53,207 bases of DNA from a virus. Taxonomy: Duplodnaviria; Caudoviricetes. The notes beneath the pieces are model-generated. The model searched no databases. It saw only the letters and a list, made by a program, of their open reading frames with translations, and was not told the DNA's origin. The position numbers were made by a program, and so were the translations under genes. Positions 26,327-35,035 of this stretch are shown in pieces; the stretch's first letter is position 1, and each line of letters begins with the position of its first letter. The stretch is taken from IMG/VR virus record IMGVR_UViG_3300028121_000007, positions 1-53,207 of that record; one strand, given 5' to 3'.

Positions 26327-27238
26327 ATGAAATTCGTCAAGGCAACCCGGAAGAAAGCCCGGCTACGGCTGGCTCTTACTGGGCCGAGCGGGTCAGGCAA
26401 AACAATGGCCGCACTCATGATTGCAAAAGGGTTGGGCGGGCGCGTCGCCGTCCTGGACACAGAGCACGGTTCGGCCAGCCTGTATGCCGACCCCATTGCT
26501 CTGCCCAATGGATCACGGTTTGAGCCGCCCGAATTCGATGCGCTGGAATTGACGGCGCCCTATTCGCCAGAGCGCTACATCGAGGCCATCAAGGAGGCGC
26601 AGGCGGCAGGCTATGACACGCTGATTATTGACTCCCTCACGCATGAGTGGTCAGGGTCAGGCGGCTGCCTGGAGATCAACGATACGGTGGCGGCTGCCAA
26701 GTTTCGCGGTAACAGCTGGAGCGCATGGAATGAAACCACGCCGCGCCACCGGGCGTTTATCGACGCCATGCTCCAAAGCAGTATGCACATCATTGCCACA
26801 GGGCGAAGCAAGACCGAAACAGCGCAGACCGAAGGCGCAAACGGGCGCAAACAAGTCGTCAAGCTGGGGATGAAGACTGAGCAACGAGACGGCATCGAGT
26901 ACGAGTTCACCGTTGTTCTTGACCTTGTCCATGCCGGCCACTACGCCAACGCCAGCAAAGACCGGACGGGTCTGTTCGCAGGTGGCGAGCCGGCCCCAAT
27001 TGACGCCAGCACAGGCGAGCGCCTTCTGGCTTGGCTCGAAACCGGCGCGGAAGGTCCTGACGTGAAAGCCATTCTGGCGGCCATTACCGGCGCGCAAAAC
27101 GTCGAAGCCCTGCGCGGCCACTGCGAGGCGGCCATCGCCATGCTGCCCGAGTCCGAGCACCAAGCGGTGAACAAGGCAAAAACCATCCGCTACCGCGAAT
27201 TGGTGCCCAAGCAAGAAAAACAAGGAGAAGCAGCATGA
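26327..27238 (+). CDS. Sak4-like AAA ATPase (single-strand annealing recombinase)
   Basis: RLALTGPSGSGKT, DTEHGSASLY, IIDSLTHEW, EYEFTVV, SKDRTGLF. Confidence 0.9.
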   Translation: MKFVKATRKKARLRLALTGPSGSGKTMAALMIAKGLGGRVAVLDTEHGSASLYADPIALPNGSRFEPPEFDALELTAPYSPERYIEAIKEAQAAGYDTLIIDSLTHEWSGSGGCLEINDTVAAAKFRGNSWSAWNETTPRHRAFIDAMLQSSMHIIATGRSKTETAQTEGANGRKQVVKLGMKTEQRDGIEYEFTVVLDLVHAGHYANASKDRTGLFAGGEPAPIDASTGERLLAWLETGAEGPDVKAILAAITGAQNVEALRGHCEAAIAMLPESEHQAVNKAKTIRYRELVPKQEKQGEAA

Positions 27239-27747
27239 CCGTAGCACTCTATCAAATTGCCAACCAGTACCTGCAGCTGGCCGAAAAACTCGACAGCATG
27301 GACCTGGACACCCAGACCATCATTGACACCATCGACGCCAGCGGCATCGAGGATGAATTCAGCCTCAAGGCGCAGGGCATCCTGCACATTGCCAGCGAAG
27401 CTGAAAAGTACACGCCGCTGATTGATATGGAAATCGAGCGCCTGCAAGCCCTCAAGGCCAGCCGTGCCAAGCTGGCGCAAGGCCTGAAGGACTACTTGCT
27501 GACCAACATGGAGCGCAGCGGGATTCAGAAAATCACATGCCCGCTGTTTTCACTCAGCATCCGGCACAACCCACCCGCTGTGGAGGTGTTGGACGCCGCC
27601 GCCCTACCCCTGAGCTACTGGCGCACGCCCGAGCCAAAGCCGCCCGTGGCCGCGCCAGACAAGGCCGCGATCAAGGCCGCGCTGCAAGCTGGCACTGAAG
27701 TTCCCGGTGCGCGGCTGGTCCAAGGCTTGAAATTGGTCATCAAGTAA
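27235..27747 (+). CDS. Siphovirus Gp157 family protein
   Basis: LYQIA...EIERL...LKDYL..NM...FSLSIR.NPPAV...PDKAAIK.AL..G.EVPGARL. Confidence 0.88.
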   Translation: MTVALYQIANQYLQLAEKLDSMDLDTQTIIDTIDASGIEDEFSLKAQGILHIASEAEKYTPLIDMEIERLQALKASRAKLAQGLKDYLLTNMERSGIQKITCPLFSLSIRHNPPAVEVLDAAALPLSYWRTPEPKPPVAAPDKAAIKAALQAGTEVPGARLVQGLKLVIK

Positions 27748-28140
27748 ATGCGGAGCCTCTACTGCTGCGGATGCGGCCAAGATGTAAGCGCTAGGCTGAC
27801 GGATGGCGGTGAGATTTACCCTCACCGGCCCGACCTCTATGCGCTTCCATTCTGGAAGTGTGATGCGTGTGGGAACTATGTTGGCTGTCATCACAAGACA
27901 GCCAACCGCACCGCACCGCTGGGATGCATTCCAACGCCAGAAATTAAGAGCGCAAGGAATCACATTCATGCGCTGCTTGACCCCATTTGGCAGAGCGGGA
28001 AGATGGGGCGCAAGCAACTGTATGCAGCCATCAGCGAGCGCGCCGGATGGAATTACCACACCGCGAAGATTCGCAGCGTTGAGGAAGCGCGTGATATTTA
28101 CCGAATCGTGCTCGATATTTCAAAAAAGCAAGCCGCCTAA
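27748..28140 (+). CDS. DUF3268-like zinc-finger protein
   Basis: CCGC...G.EIYPHRPDL..L.FWKC..C.NYVGCH...PLG. Confidence 0.8.
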   Translation: MRSLYCCGCGQDVSARLTDGGEIYPHRPDLYALPFWKCDACGNYVGCHHKTANRTAPLGCIPTPEIKSARNHIHALLDPIWQSGKMGRKQLYAAISERAGWNYHTAKIRSVEEARDIYRIVLDISKKQAA

Positions 28141-28142
28141 CC

Positions 28143-28197
28143 GCTACTAAATCAATAGCTGCCAGCGCACAGCCAATATGCGCAGGCGGCTCTTTTC
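28143..28197 (+). repeat. Short intergenic element GCTACTAAATCAATAGC plus hairpin; related 17-mers at 15648 and 15717 (minus strand)
   Basis: Three GCT-N11-RGC copies seen; resembles an intergenic repeat I recall from Comamonadaceae genomes. Confidence 0.45.
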
Positions 28198-28205
28198 ACC
28201 AATAT

Positions 28206-28547
28206 ATGCAAACCCAATTTTTCAAACAAAACCCTTGGACTAAAGAGAAAATGAAAAAAGAAAACACCATCGCAAAAATCACGCAAGCATCTGATTTGTC
28301 CATTGGCAACGATCCATTGCCCACTGGCCGCGCCCAGCCCGAAGGCAAGTACACCGCGATCTTTGCCAAGCTCAAACCCGGCCAATGCATCATTTGCCCG
28401 ACTGGCTCGGCAAACTCAATCGGCCAGGCGCTGCGCAAGTGGGCCGACGCCAACAAGCCAAGCCATCGCGTCAGCACCACACAGGCCTACGCTGCTGATG
28501 GGCGAGGCCGTGTCTGGTTGCTGACTCCCGAGAAGGCGGGGAAGTGA
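28206..28547 (+). CDS. Hypothetical DNA-binding-like protein (start may be 28251)
   Basis: GKY..IFAKLKPGQCI...GRVW. Confidence 0.65.
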   Translation: MQTQFFKQNPWTKEKMKKENTIAKITQASDLSIGNDPLPTGRAQPEGKYTAIFAKLKPGQCIICPTGSANSIGQALRKWADANKPSHRVSTTQAYAADGRGRVWLLTPEKAGK

Positions 28548-29008
28548 CCATGACCAACTTTCAACTCACCGCCAACTGGCTGTCAGTCTGCGGAAAAATC
28601 CCGAGTCCCGAAAATCTGTCTGTGCAAATTGGGTGCCAGATCGAGGAATTCTGTGAGTTTCTCAGTACCCTGCGCACCGACAAGGACGGCTACGCCAAGC
28701 TGATTGAGCGCACACGGACGGACCTGGACTGGATGGCTGGCAAGCTCAAGCGCGGAGAATTGACGGTCCATATTCCACTGCACTTGCGCGAAGAAGCGTT
28801 AGATGCGCTGTGTGATATTGAGGTCACCGGCAACGGCGTGGCCTACCTGGCAGGCTTTGACAAGGAAGGCGCGGATGCAGCCGTGCTGGACAGCAACGAT
28901 TCCAAGCTGATCGACGGCAAGCCCGTGATCCTGCCGGGCGGGAAGATTGGCAAGCCTGAAGGATGGTTGCCACCGAATCTCAAACTGTTTTTGGATGGTG
29001 CGCCATGA
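28544..29008 (+). CDS. MazG-like/PRA-PH nucleotide pyrophosphohydrolase
   Basis: IEEFCEF...LDALCD..VT..G...V..SNDSK...GKI.KPEGW.PPNL. Confidence 0.85.
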   Translation: MTMTNFQLTANWLSVCGKIPSPENLSVQIGCQIEEFCEFLSTLRTDKDGYAKLIERTRTDLDWMAGKLKRGELTVHIPLHLREEALDALCDIEVTGNGVAYLAGFDKEGADAAVLDSNDSKLIDGKPVILPGGKIGKPEGWLPPNLKLFLDGAP

Positions 29009-29496
29009 AGCGCAAACCCAAACCTCGCCACACCTACACGCACTGGGATGTTTTGATGGCAAGCCCGACAGAGCCGCTACCCGAAGCCAAGCGCCGGTTC
29101 CAGTTGACCCGCATGTTCGGCGGCCTGGCAGCGATCGAGAAAGGCGAGCGGCCCAACCCGGACGATTGGAGCGTCTTGTCTGATTGCACAAATTTAATGG
29201 AAACGCTGGTGCTGTCGGGCATTGCCACAGACGACGACGGATTAATCATGGATGGCATCACCGCCTTGGCAATGGCCGGACAGCGTGCGGTCAAGGCCGG
29301 CGCGATCCGCTTGGACGGCCCCGGCATTGCAGCCATGCGGGCGATGCTGACGGATTACGCCGCGCTGCTTGAAGTATTGCCGGCCCGGACGGTGATTGAC
29401 TGCCACCGCAAGACCGAGCGCCGCATTCGTGAGATTTTAGCGGGCAAGGCCCAAGCGCACGATGTTCGGGTTATCACGGGCGCGATGCTGGCGTGA
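29005..29496 (+). CDS. Hypothetical protein
   Basis: Coupled; W..L.D..NL.E.L...G.IRLDGPG. Confidence 0.7.
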   Translation: MKRKPKPRHTYTHWDVLMASPTEPLPEAKRRFQLTRMFGGLAAIEKGERPNPDDWSVLSDCTNLMETLVLSGIATDDDGLIMDGITALAMAGQRAVKAGAIRLDGPGIAAMRAMLTDYAALLEVLPARTVIDCHRKTERRIREILAGKAQAHDVRVITGAMLA

Positions 29497-29534
29497 TGTT
29501 CCCCGACAGCCATTATGAAAAATAGAGGATTCCT

Positions 29535-29936
29535 ATGACACCCGATAAACAGATTAAATTAACCGACGAGCAGATTGAATCTATTTACCTAGATCACCGA
29601 GACAAGTTGTTCAACATTCCTTTGATCCGTGCATGCATAGCGGCCCATGAGGCGCAGCGTCAAGCTGTGCAGGAGCCTGCTACCCAGAAAACAATACTTG
29701 AAGCCGCAGAGCTTTTCCAACAGTTAGATGCGCTTCTAAAGCCGCACGGCTGGCCTGCGCAAAAAATACTGCGCAATTATGTCGAGATGGTTAAAAAAGT
29801 GTGCATCGCAGCGCCCCAACCTGCGCAGGTTCCGCTGACGGACAAGGACGCCGAGATTGCCGCGCTCAAGGCAGAGCGGGATGCGCTGCTGGCGATATTG
29901 AATAATTCGCCGACCATGCCAGAAGATGTCGCTTAG
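29535..29936 (+). CDS. Modular hypothetical protein, possibly truncated by an amber codon
   Basis: GAGG RBS; LTDEQI and DAEIAALK modules; in frame with 29940..30146. Confidence 0.6.
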   Translation: MTPDKQIKLTDEQIESIYLDHRDKLFNIPLIRACIAAHEAQRQAVQEPATQKTILEAAELFQQLDALLKPHGWPAQKILRNYVEMVKKVCIAAPQPAQVPLTDKDAEIAALKAERDALLAILNNSPTMPEDVA

Positions 29937-29939
29937 CGC

Positions 29940-30146
29940 ATGTTTGACAGTGCGAAAGAACACAAAGAATCGCCTAGATTCACAGCATTCAACTGGTTTG
30001 TAATAGGCGCAGTGATGAGTGAAGAATGGCAAAAACATGCCATCGATGCAGCCATGCAAGCAGGGGGTGCAGCCGTGAGTGACGAATGCTGTCACAAAAC
30101 AGTATTTGAGAAGTGTGCAGACCGCCCCTACAAGACACTGCCCTAA
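29940..30146 (+). pseudogene. Probable 3' part of the preceding gene
   Basis: No RBS; separated only by TAG CGC in the same frame; IDAAM C-terminal module. Confidence 0.4.
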
Positions 30147-30232
30147 GATAAGTAACCATATACAAGGGCAAAAAAGCCCGGTCAAAAACCCAAGTCCCGC
30201 CACGCGCGGGCGTTTCTCCCCGAAAGCAACCC

Positions 30233-31021
30233 ATGAAAACGAACATTGAACTGGCCCGCGAGTGCGGTGCTCAAACCGGCTGGAGCAACGCACTGCGCTG
30301 CGACCCAGAATTAGCCGACGACGACCTGCTTTTTTCACCCGCCCAGCTCGACAACTTCGTCAAGCGCATCCGTGCTGATGCTTGTTTGCAAGGCATTGCC
30401 GAGTTCGGGGAAATCCAAAACATAACTGGGGTTTGCATCCCAAAATCAGCCGAATCCAATACACAAACGGATTTGAGTATCGTGGGCGGGACTCAAGAGC
30501 GGGCGGAGCCACACCCCGAAACGCTGGCCCGCTGGAGACTTGGCTTTGACCGCTACGAAAAGGCGCGCAAGCTGAATCCGCGTCAGTGGGGCGAACTGCA
30601 CGAGCGCAACCTGGCTGGCGAGAATTTCGACGGCATGATTGACGCCCTGGAGTCCGCAAGCAGCACGCGGATCATCGGTGCCGACTTGGCGGCCATGACC
30701 ACCAAAGGCGCGAAAGCATGGGCCGATGTGCCGGATGCGACGGCCTGGGTTGATGATCTGCGGGGCAATGAGTCCGCGCCGATATCCGTGCGGGATGCCA
30801 GCCTTTCAGGGTTGGAATCTGCAGTTCGTGGCGAGATTGAAAAGGCGGTCCTGGCCGAACGCGAGCGCTGCGCATTGCTGGCCAGAAACGAGGGCACAGC
30901 TTGTCTGCGGAACGCCAGGCATCACCTGGCGCTTGACAATGTGGCGCTTGCACAGAAGTGGCAGGCCCGGTCTGATTCTTGTCTGGCCATCGAGAGCGGA
31001 ATCAAAAGAGGCCAGCAATGA
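30233..31021 (+). CDS. Modular hypothetical protein
   Basis: IELARECG...; RYEKARKLNP; AERERCA modules. Confidence 0.65.
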   Translation: MKTNIELARECGAQTGWSNALRCDPELADDDLLFSPAQLDNFVKRIRADACLQGIAEFGEIQNITGVCIPKSAESNTQTDLSIVGGTQERAEPHPETLARWRLGFDRYEKARKLNPRQWGELHERNLAGENFDGMIDALESASSTRIIGADLAAMTTKGAKAWADVPDATAWVDDLRGNESAPISVRDASLSGLESAVRGEIEKAVLAERERCALLARNEGTACLRNARHHLALDNVALAQKWQARSDSCLAIESGIKRGQQ

Positions 31022-31350
31022 ACTCAATCGAAATCGGAAAAGTGACGAAAACCTTTGCAGGCAAAGTCACGGTTACCCCACTGCTGTGCAGCTACGGCTA
31101 CGGCGTCACCTGTGGCGAGCTGGGCACGACCAACGGCCAGATAGCGGTTGCAGCCGAGGCGCTGCAATTGAGGGGTGAGCGCAGTCCTGGCAATCAAGAC
31201 CAAAAAGCAGAGTACGGCTATAGGTTTGCGCTGGAGCTTGGCGGCAAACCGTGGGATTTTGACGCAGGGCGGGATGCGTTGAATGCCGAACTGGTGCGGA
31301 TTTGGCGTGGAACTGCGCTGGTTGATGGGGTTTGCGGGATGCGGGAATAG
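31018..31350 (+). CDS. Hypothetical protein
   Basis: ATGA coupling. Confidence 0.55.
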   Translation: MNSIEIGKVTKTFAGKVTVTPLLCSYGYGVTCGELGTTNGQIAVAAEALQLRGERSPGNQDQKAEYGYRFALELGGKPWDFDAGRDALNAELVRIWRGTALVDGVCGMRE

Positions 31351-31360
31351 AAGGCCAGAT

Positions 31361-31453
31361 ACTCATGCACTCATAGAAGTAGGTGCTTCGATCAATTTAT
31401 GATTTGGTACTCACCTGTATAAACGCTCAGTTGCCCGGATGCTCAAAAGCTCA
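31361..31453 (+). promoter_or_regulatory. Putative centromere/operator: RCTCA boxes in 8-bp phase
   Basis: ACTC at 31361, 31369, 31409; GCTC at 31425, 31441, 31449; all congruent mod 8. Confidence 0.65.
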
Positions 31454-31465
31454 GATGATGCAGGA

Positions 31466-32098
31466 ATGAAAATCATTGCACTGATGAACGAAAAGGGCGG
31501 CACCGGCAAGAGCACGGCCGGCACAAACCTGGCAACTGCCCTGCACCGTCGCGGTTTTCGCGTGGTATTGGTCGACGCAGACCCGCAAGGCACGGCGCGA
31601 GACTGGCGCGCGGCCAGCCCGGAAGACGTCGACTTGCCGACCGTCATCGCCCTGGACAGGCCGCAAATGCTGACGGCCATCACAACCCTTGCAGCGGATT
31701 ACGTGATTGTCGACACGCCCGCCAAGGCTGAATCGATGGCTGCCGCGGTGGTGCGTGTGGCGCATGTGGCGCTTGTGGTCATTCAGCCGTCAGGCGCTGA
31801 CATTTGGGCCAGCGCTGCCACGGTGAAGCTGATCCGCTCAAAGCTCGATGTAGGCGGGCAGATTGACGCGGCGTTTCTGGTTAACCGCGTGAAGGCTGGA
31901 ACCAAGCTGGCCGGGCTTGTCAAAGGCGGCGAGTGGAACGAATATGGACTCGATCAGTTGACGTCGACATTAGGCGACCGCACTGCCTACGCGCAAGCCC
32001 TGACGGATGGTGTCAGCGTGTACGACCTGCCCAACCTGGATGCACGCGCTGACGTCGACGCCGTTCTGGCCGAACTGGAGGCCGCCCGGTGGCTCTGA
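31466..32098 (+). CDS. parA: ParA/ParF partition ATPase (type Ib)
   Basis: KIIALMNEKGGTGKST deviant Walker A; VDADPQG; IVDTP; about 210 aa with no N-terminal HTH. Confidence 0.93.
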   Translation: MKIIALMNEKGGTGKSTAGTNLATALHRRGFRVVLVDADPQGTARDWRAASPEDVDLPTVIALDRPQMLTAITTLAADYVIVDTPAKAESMAAAVVRVAHVALVVIQPSGADIWASAATVKLIRSKLDVGGQIDAAFLVNRVKAGTKLAGLVKGGEWNEYGLDQLTSTLGDRTAYAQALTDGVSVYDLPNLDARADVDAVLAELEAARWL

Positions 32099-32295
32099 AA
32101 TCCAAGTCGCTTGAAAGCGTCCGGGCTGACGTCCCGGTGCATGAGGTGACGCAGGAAGAACTGGTGCGGGTGAACATCCTTGTGCCGGCCAGCGTGCGTA
32201 GAGCGTGGAAAACAGAGGCGGCGCAAAAAGATACGACTGTCACGGATTTGATTTTGAAGGCGATGCGCGACAGGACTGCAAAGGATGAGAAATGA
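32089..32295 (+). CDS. ParG-like ribbon-helix-helix centromere-binding protein
   Basis: VRVNILVPASVRRAWKTEAAQKDTTVTDLILKAM; overlaps the parA end. Confidence 0.8.
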   Translation: MALKSKSLESVRADVPVHEVTQEELVRVNILVPASVRRAWKTEAAQKDTTVTDLILKAMRDRTAKDEK

Positions 32296-32855
32296 AAGGC
32301 CGAGCCGACCAGATAGTCAGGGGCGAACCGTGGCAGGAAAAGACTGTCAAGGCGCTGTGGTTCCACATCGTCAGGGAGCAGGTGCAGTCCGGGGAAATTG
32401 CCCGCGTCGGCGCTGTGCCGTGGGCGGTGTACTGCGCGGTGAAGTCGCACACTGGGCTTGAGACTGGCGACGCATTCCCTTCAAACGCCCGTATAGCCAC
32501 ACTGGTCGGTGTCAGCCTTGACACGGTGCAGCGAGCCTTGAAAAAGCTGGCAGAGGCCGGCCTAGTCAACGCTGTGAAGCGCCGGGGCAGGGGCAGTAGT
32601 TATTCCGTGAATGAGAAAATCCCCATGGAAAGCAAGGATGGCGAGCCGTGGGCGACAGCCGAGAAGAAATACATCCCCCTGCAGTTTTCCAACTTTGTCG
32701 ATGAATTGAATCGCCTCGCCAAAACAGGGAACCTGCCGACCGACAAGTCGATAACGATCAACCTTGTCATCCAGAACAACTACCTGGCAGAGAACAGCAC
32801 GGTCATCGGCGTAAACAATGCGGGCTTGCCATCACCTGATAAGCCGGCTGTTTAA
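32292..32855 (+). CDS. Winged-HTH putative plasmid replication initiator
   Basis: AVYCAVKSH...AFPSNARIATLVGVSLDTVQRALKKLAEAGLV; followed directly by an iteron/DnaA-box array. Confidence 0.7.
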   Translation: MKGRADQIVRGEPWQEKTVKALWFHIVREQVQSGEIARVGAVPWAVYCAVKSHTGLETGDAFPSNARIATLVGVSLDTVQRALKKLAEAGLVNAVKRRGRGSSYSVNEKIPMESKDGEPWATAEKKYIPLQFSNFVDELNRLAKTGNLPTDKSITINLVIQNNYLAENSTVIGVNNAGLPSPDKPAV

Positions 32856-32882
32856 CGCCTGTTTTTTAGGCGCAAGGCTTGA

Positions 32883-33054
32883 GGCAAGTTATCCAGTCTA
32901 AGAGTTTAATCTTAAAGTCTTATTACGAGCCGCACCCATGCGGCCACTTTGGGTATAACTGGCCGCTCGGGCGCGGCTCATTTGTCCACAACCAGCCGCA
33001 CCCATGCGGCCACTGTATGAGTTATCTGCCGCCGGAATATGTGGATAACTTGCC
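32883..33054. promoter_or_regulatory. Putative plasmid origin: AT-rich tract, 33-bp-phased GCCGC-N6-GCGGC iterons, DnaA boxes
   Basis: Identical 21-mers at 32928 and 32994, degenerate copy at 32962, half site at 33028; perfect DnaA box TGTGGATAA at 33040-33048, near-matches at 32950 and 32982; 13-bp inverted repeat 32883/33042. Confidence 0.8.
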
Positions 33055-33163
33055 GCATTCCCGGTAAAATAGCAGCGTGGCTAGGTTTGCTCCCGAAAAG
33101 CGTCTTATCAACGCCTGCCACACTTTTCAAACGATAACTTCCACTTTGATAAGGTGCGACACA

Positions 33164-33829
33164 GTGAAAATCAAACCAGAAACTCATGATCTTTTGAAGC
33201 TGACAAAACAGCTTGTTCGGATTGCCGGAGGTCAAAAATTCAATTGCAGCCCCTATGATGTCGCCAGGCCAATCGCGGAGGGGGCTTTAGGCGGATCCAA
33301 AGACAAGGCGGGATCTAAAAGCTTCATCAAAAAAAACTATTCCAGGCTGCGTGCATGGGTAGATGAAAACTTTCCTAACTGCCCAAAAAAGATGGGGGTC
33401 GATATACCCCCATGCGCGCTTCCACTGCCGTCAGTGAAAAAGAGCGCGGCAACAGTTGTGCAACCAGCAAAGACAAAAAAGGCGAAGCCGCCAAAGAAAA
33501 CAACACTGGGCGCAGTTGTCTCTTACATCAAGCGCGCTGATATTGATCCTCGATCAGAGGATTTCCTGCTGTCATTTGCATGGCGCGCAACCCGCATGAT
33601 GGCGCTCAAACAGCATGGCGCAATTTGCCAATGCTGTGGTGCAAGCGCCAAGACTGGCGCCGTCATTCATGTTGACCACATTAAGCCACGCCAAGAAAAC
33701 CCGGAGCTTGCGCTCGACGTCAACAATCTGCAAGTGCTTTGCCATGAGTGCAATCATGGAAAGGGCAATTGGGACCAGACGGACTGGCGCATGCTGCCAG
33801 CCGGGCGGGCCGTAGAGTTGCTGCATTAG
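33164..33829 (+). CDS. HNH endonuclease (C-terminal domain); start may be 33077
   Basis: CQCCG...HVDHIKPR..NPELAL..NNLQVLCHECNHGK. Confidence 0.85.
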   Translation: MKIKPETHDLLKLTKQLVRIAGGQKFNCSPYDVARPIAEGALGGSKDKAGSKSFIKKNYSRLRAWVDENFPNCPKKMGVDIPPCALPLPSVKKSAATVVQPAKTKKAKPPKKTTLGAVVSYIKRADIDPRSEDFLLSFAWRATRMMALKQHGAICQCCGASAKTGAVIHVDHIKPRQENPELALDVNNLQVLCHECNHGKGNWDQTDWRMLPAGRAVELLH

Positions 33830-33909
33830 CCCTTCTTATCTTCTATCGGTATCAACCAGAGCGCAGTCCTGACTCACGGTGTTCAGGCTGCACCACCACA
33901 AAGGCGAAT

Positions 33910-34212
33910 ATGACAAACGAACGAAGAACCAGCACCCCTGAGTTTTTAGATCAACTGGATGCGGACCAGCTCTACCGCTGTCAAGAATTGCTACAACAGC
34001 GCATCAAAGCAAAGAATGACGAGGGCCGGGTAACGGTATGGCAAGTCAGTGACAGCATGATCAACTACCTAAGCACGCAGGACTACTTCGCGGCCATTGA
34101 TGCCCTGCCACGAATTGCGCGCGAACAGTTCGGAAAAACCGGACAGATGGAAGAAATGCAGGTGTCTATATTGCGAGTGCGCTTGTCGGAGTTGCAGGAT
34201 CATTTGACCTAA
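33910..34212 (+). CDS. Hypothetical protein
   Basis: AAGG RBS; RIKAK..E.RV.VWQVSD. Confidence 0.65.
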   Translation: MTNERRTSTPEFLDQLDADQLYRCQELLQQRIKAKNDEGRVTVWQVSDSMINYLSTQDYFAAIDALPRIAREQFGKTGQMEEMQVSILRVRLSELQDHLT

Positions 34213-34282
34213 ACACCACCAAGGCCCATTAGAAGATTTTGGGCCGCTTGGGTTTTTGACAGCACCACAACGAAAGAGCGAT

Positions 34283-34477
34283 ATGGAAAAATACCGAATC
34301 ACCGAACTGGCGCTGGCCAACGGGTTCAAACTCAAGGAGCAGCCGGACGGCTCAATGGAGTTGAATCCCTATGTGTTCGACTTTGCCGCAGCGCTTCTGG
34401 CGGAAAAAGACGCCGAAATTGCAGCACTAAAAAAGCGGCTCGCATATTACGACACGCCGGGCGCATGGGTCGGCTGA
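34283..34477 (+). CDS. Hypothetical protein
   Basis: ALANGFKLKEQPDG..LNPYVFDFA.AL phage module. Confidence 0.7.
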   Translation: MEKYRITELALANGFKLKEQPDGSMELNPYVFDFAAALLAEKDAEIAALKKRLAYYDTPGAWVG

Positions 34478-34501
34478 ATAGTCACCACCCCGCGAAATAG
34501 T

Positions 34502-34528
34502 CACCAGTCCGCCTGGTGCTTTTTTTTT
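34502..34528 (+). terminator. Rho-independent terminator
   Basis: CACCAG-TCCGC-CTGGTG-C followed by a run of T. Confidence 0.75.
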
Positions 34529-34547
34529 GGGCAAATGTGCGGATTAC

Positions 34548-34580
34548 TTGCTTATTTTGAGAATTTCGATATACTATAAT
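34548..34580 (+). promoter_or_regulatory. Sigma70-type promoter of a two-gene cassette
   Basis: TTGCTT-N16-TATACT with overlapping TATAAT; AAGGAG RBS downstream. Confidence 0.7.
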
Positions 34581-34600
34581 CTCTAACAAAGGAGCACTAA

Positions 34601-35035
34601 ATGACAGAGGAAATGACGCCAGCCCACGCATCCATGCAAGCCGACTACCTGTTGGCCGCACGCATTGCCAAAGGCTATTTACCTGATTCTTGCCCATCCA
34701 TGACAATGCCACTTTCAGGCTTGCTGTATGCACAAGCTCAAGCCAGAATCGCCGAGATTGAGGAGATGGACAAGCATTTGCCCGAAAACGTCGCCCGGCT
34801 TTTGATTGATTACTATTTGTGTGACTGGCTTGGCGTAAAAACTGCGCCGGGCGTGACTCTCGAAAAACAAGGCGAGGGGTCAGGGGTGTCACATTCTTGG
34901 GCCTTCTGGATCGAGGAGGATGACACGACAAGCTATCTGCATGAAGATGGCCGCATCGAGTTTCGCGGCACAGTATGGGAGCCGGCGGCACTGCGCGATA
35001 AAGCCATGCAAACGCAGGCGGCAATCCAGAAATGA
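34601..35035 (+). CDS. Hypothetical protein (first gene of the cassette)
   Basis: Strong promoter and RBS; acidic beta-rich C-terminus. Confidence 0.7.
   Translation: MTEEMTPAHASMQADYLLAARIAKGYLPDSCPSMTMPLSGLLYAQAQARIAEIEEMDKHLPENVARLLIDYYLCDWLGVKTAPGVTLEKQGEGSGVSHSWAFWIEEDDTTSYLHEDGRIEFRGTVWEPAALRDKAMQTQAAIQK

Noticed and set aside
32928-33014. 21-bp direct repeats as a mini-CRISPR
   Set aside because: Only two identical copies, the spacer contains a degenerate copy and DnaA boxes, and there are no cas genes; better explained as iterons
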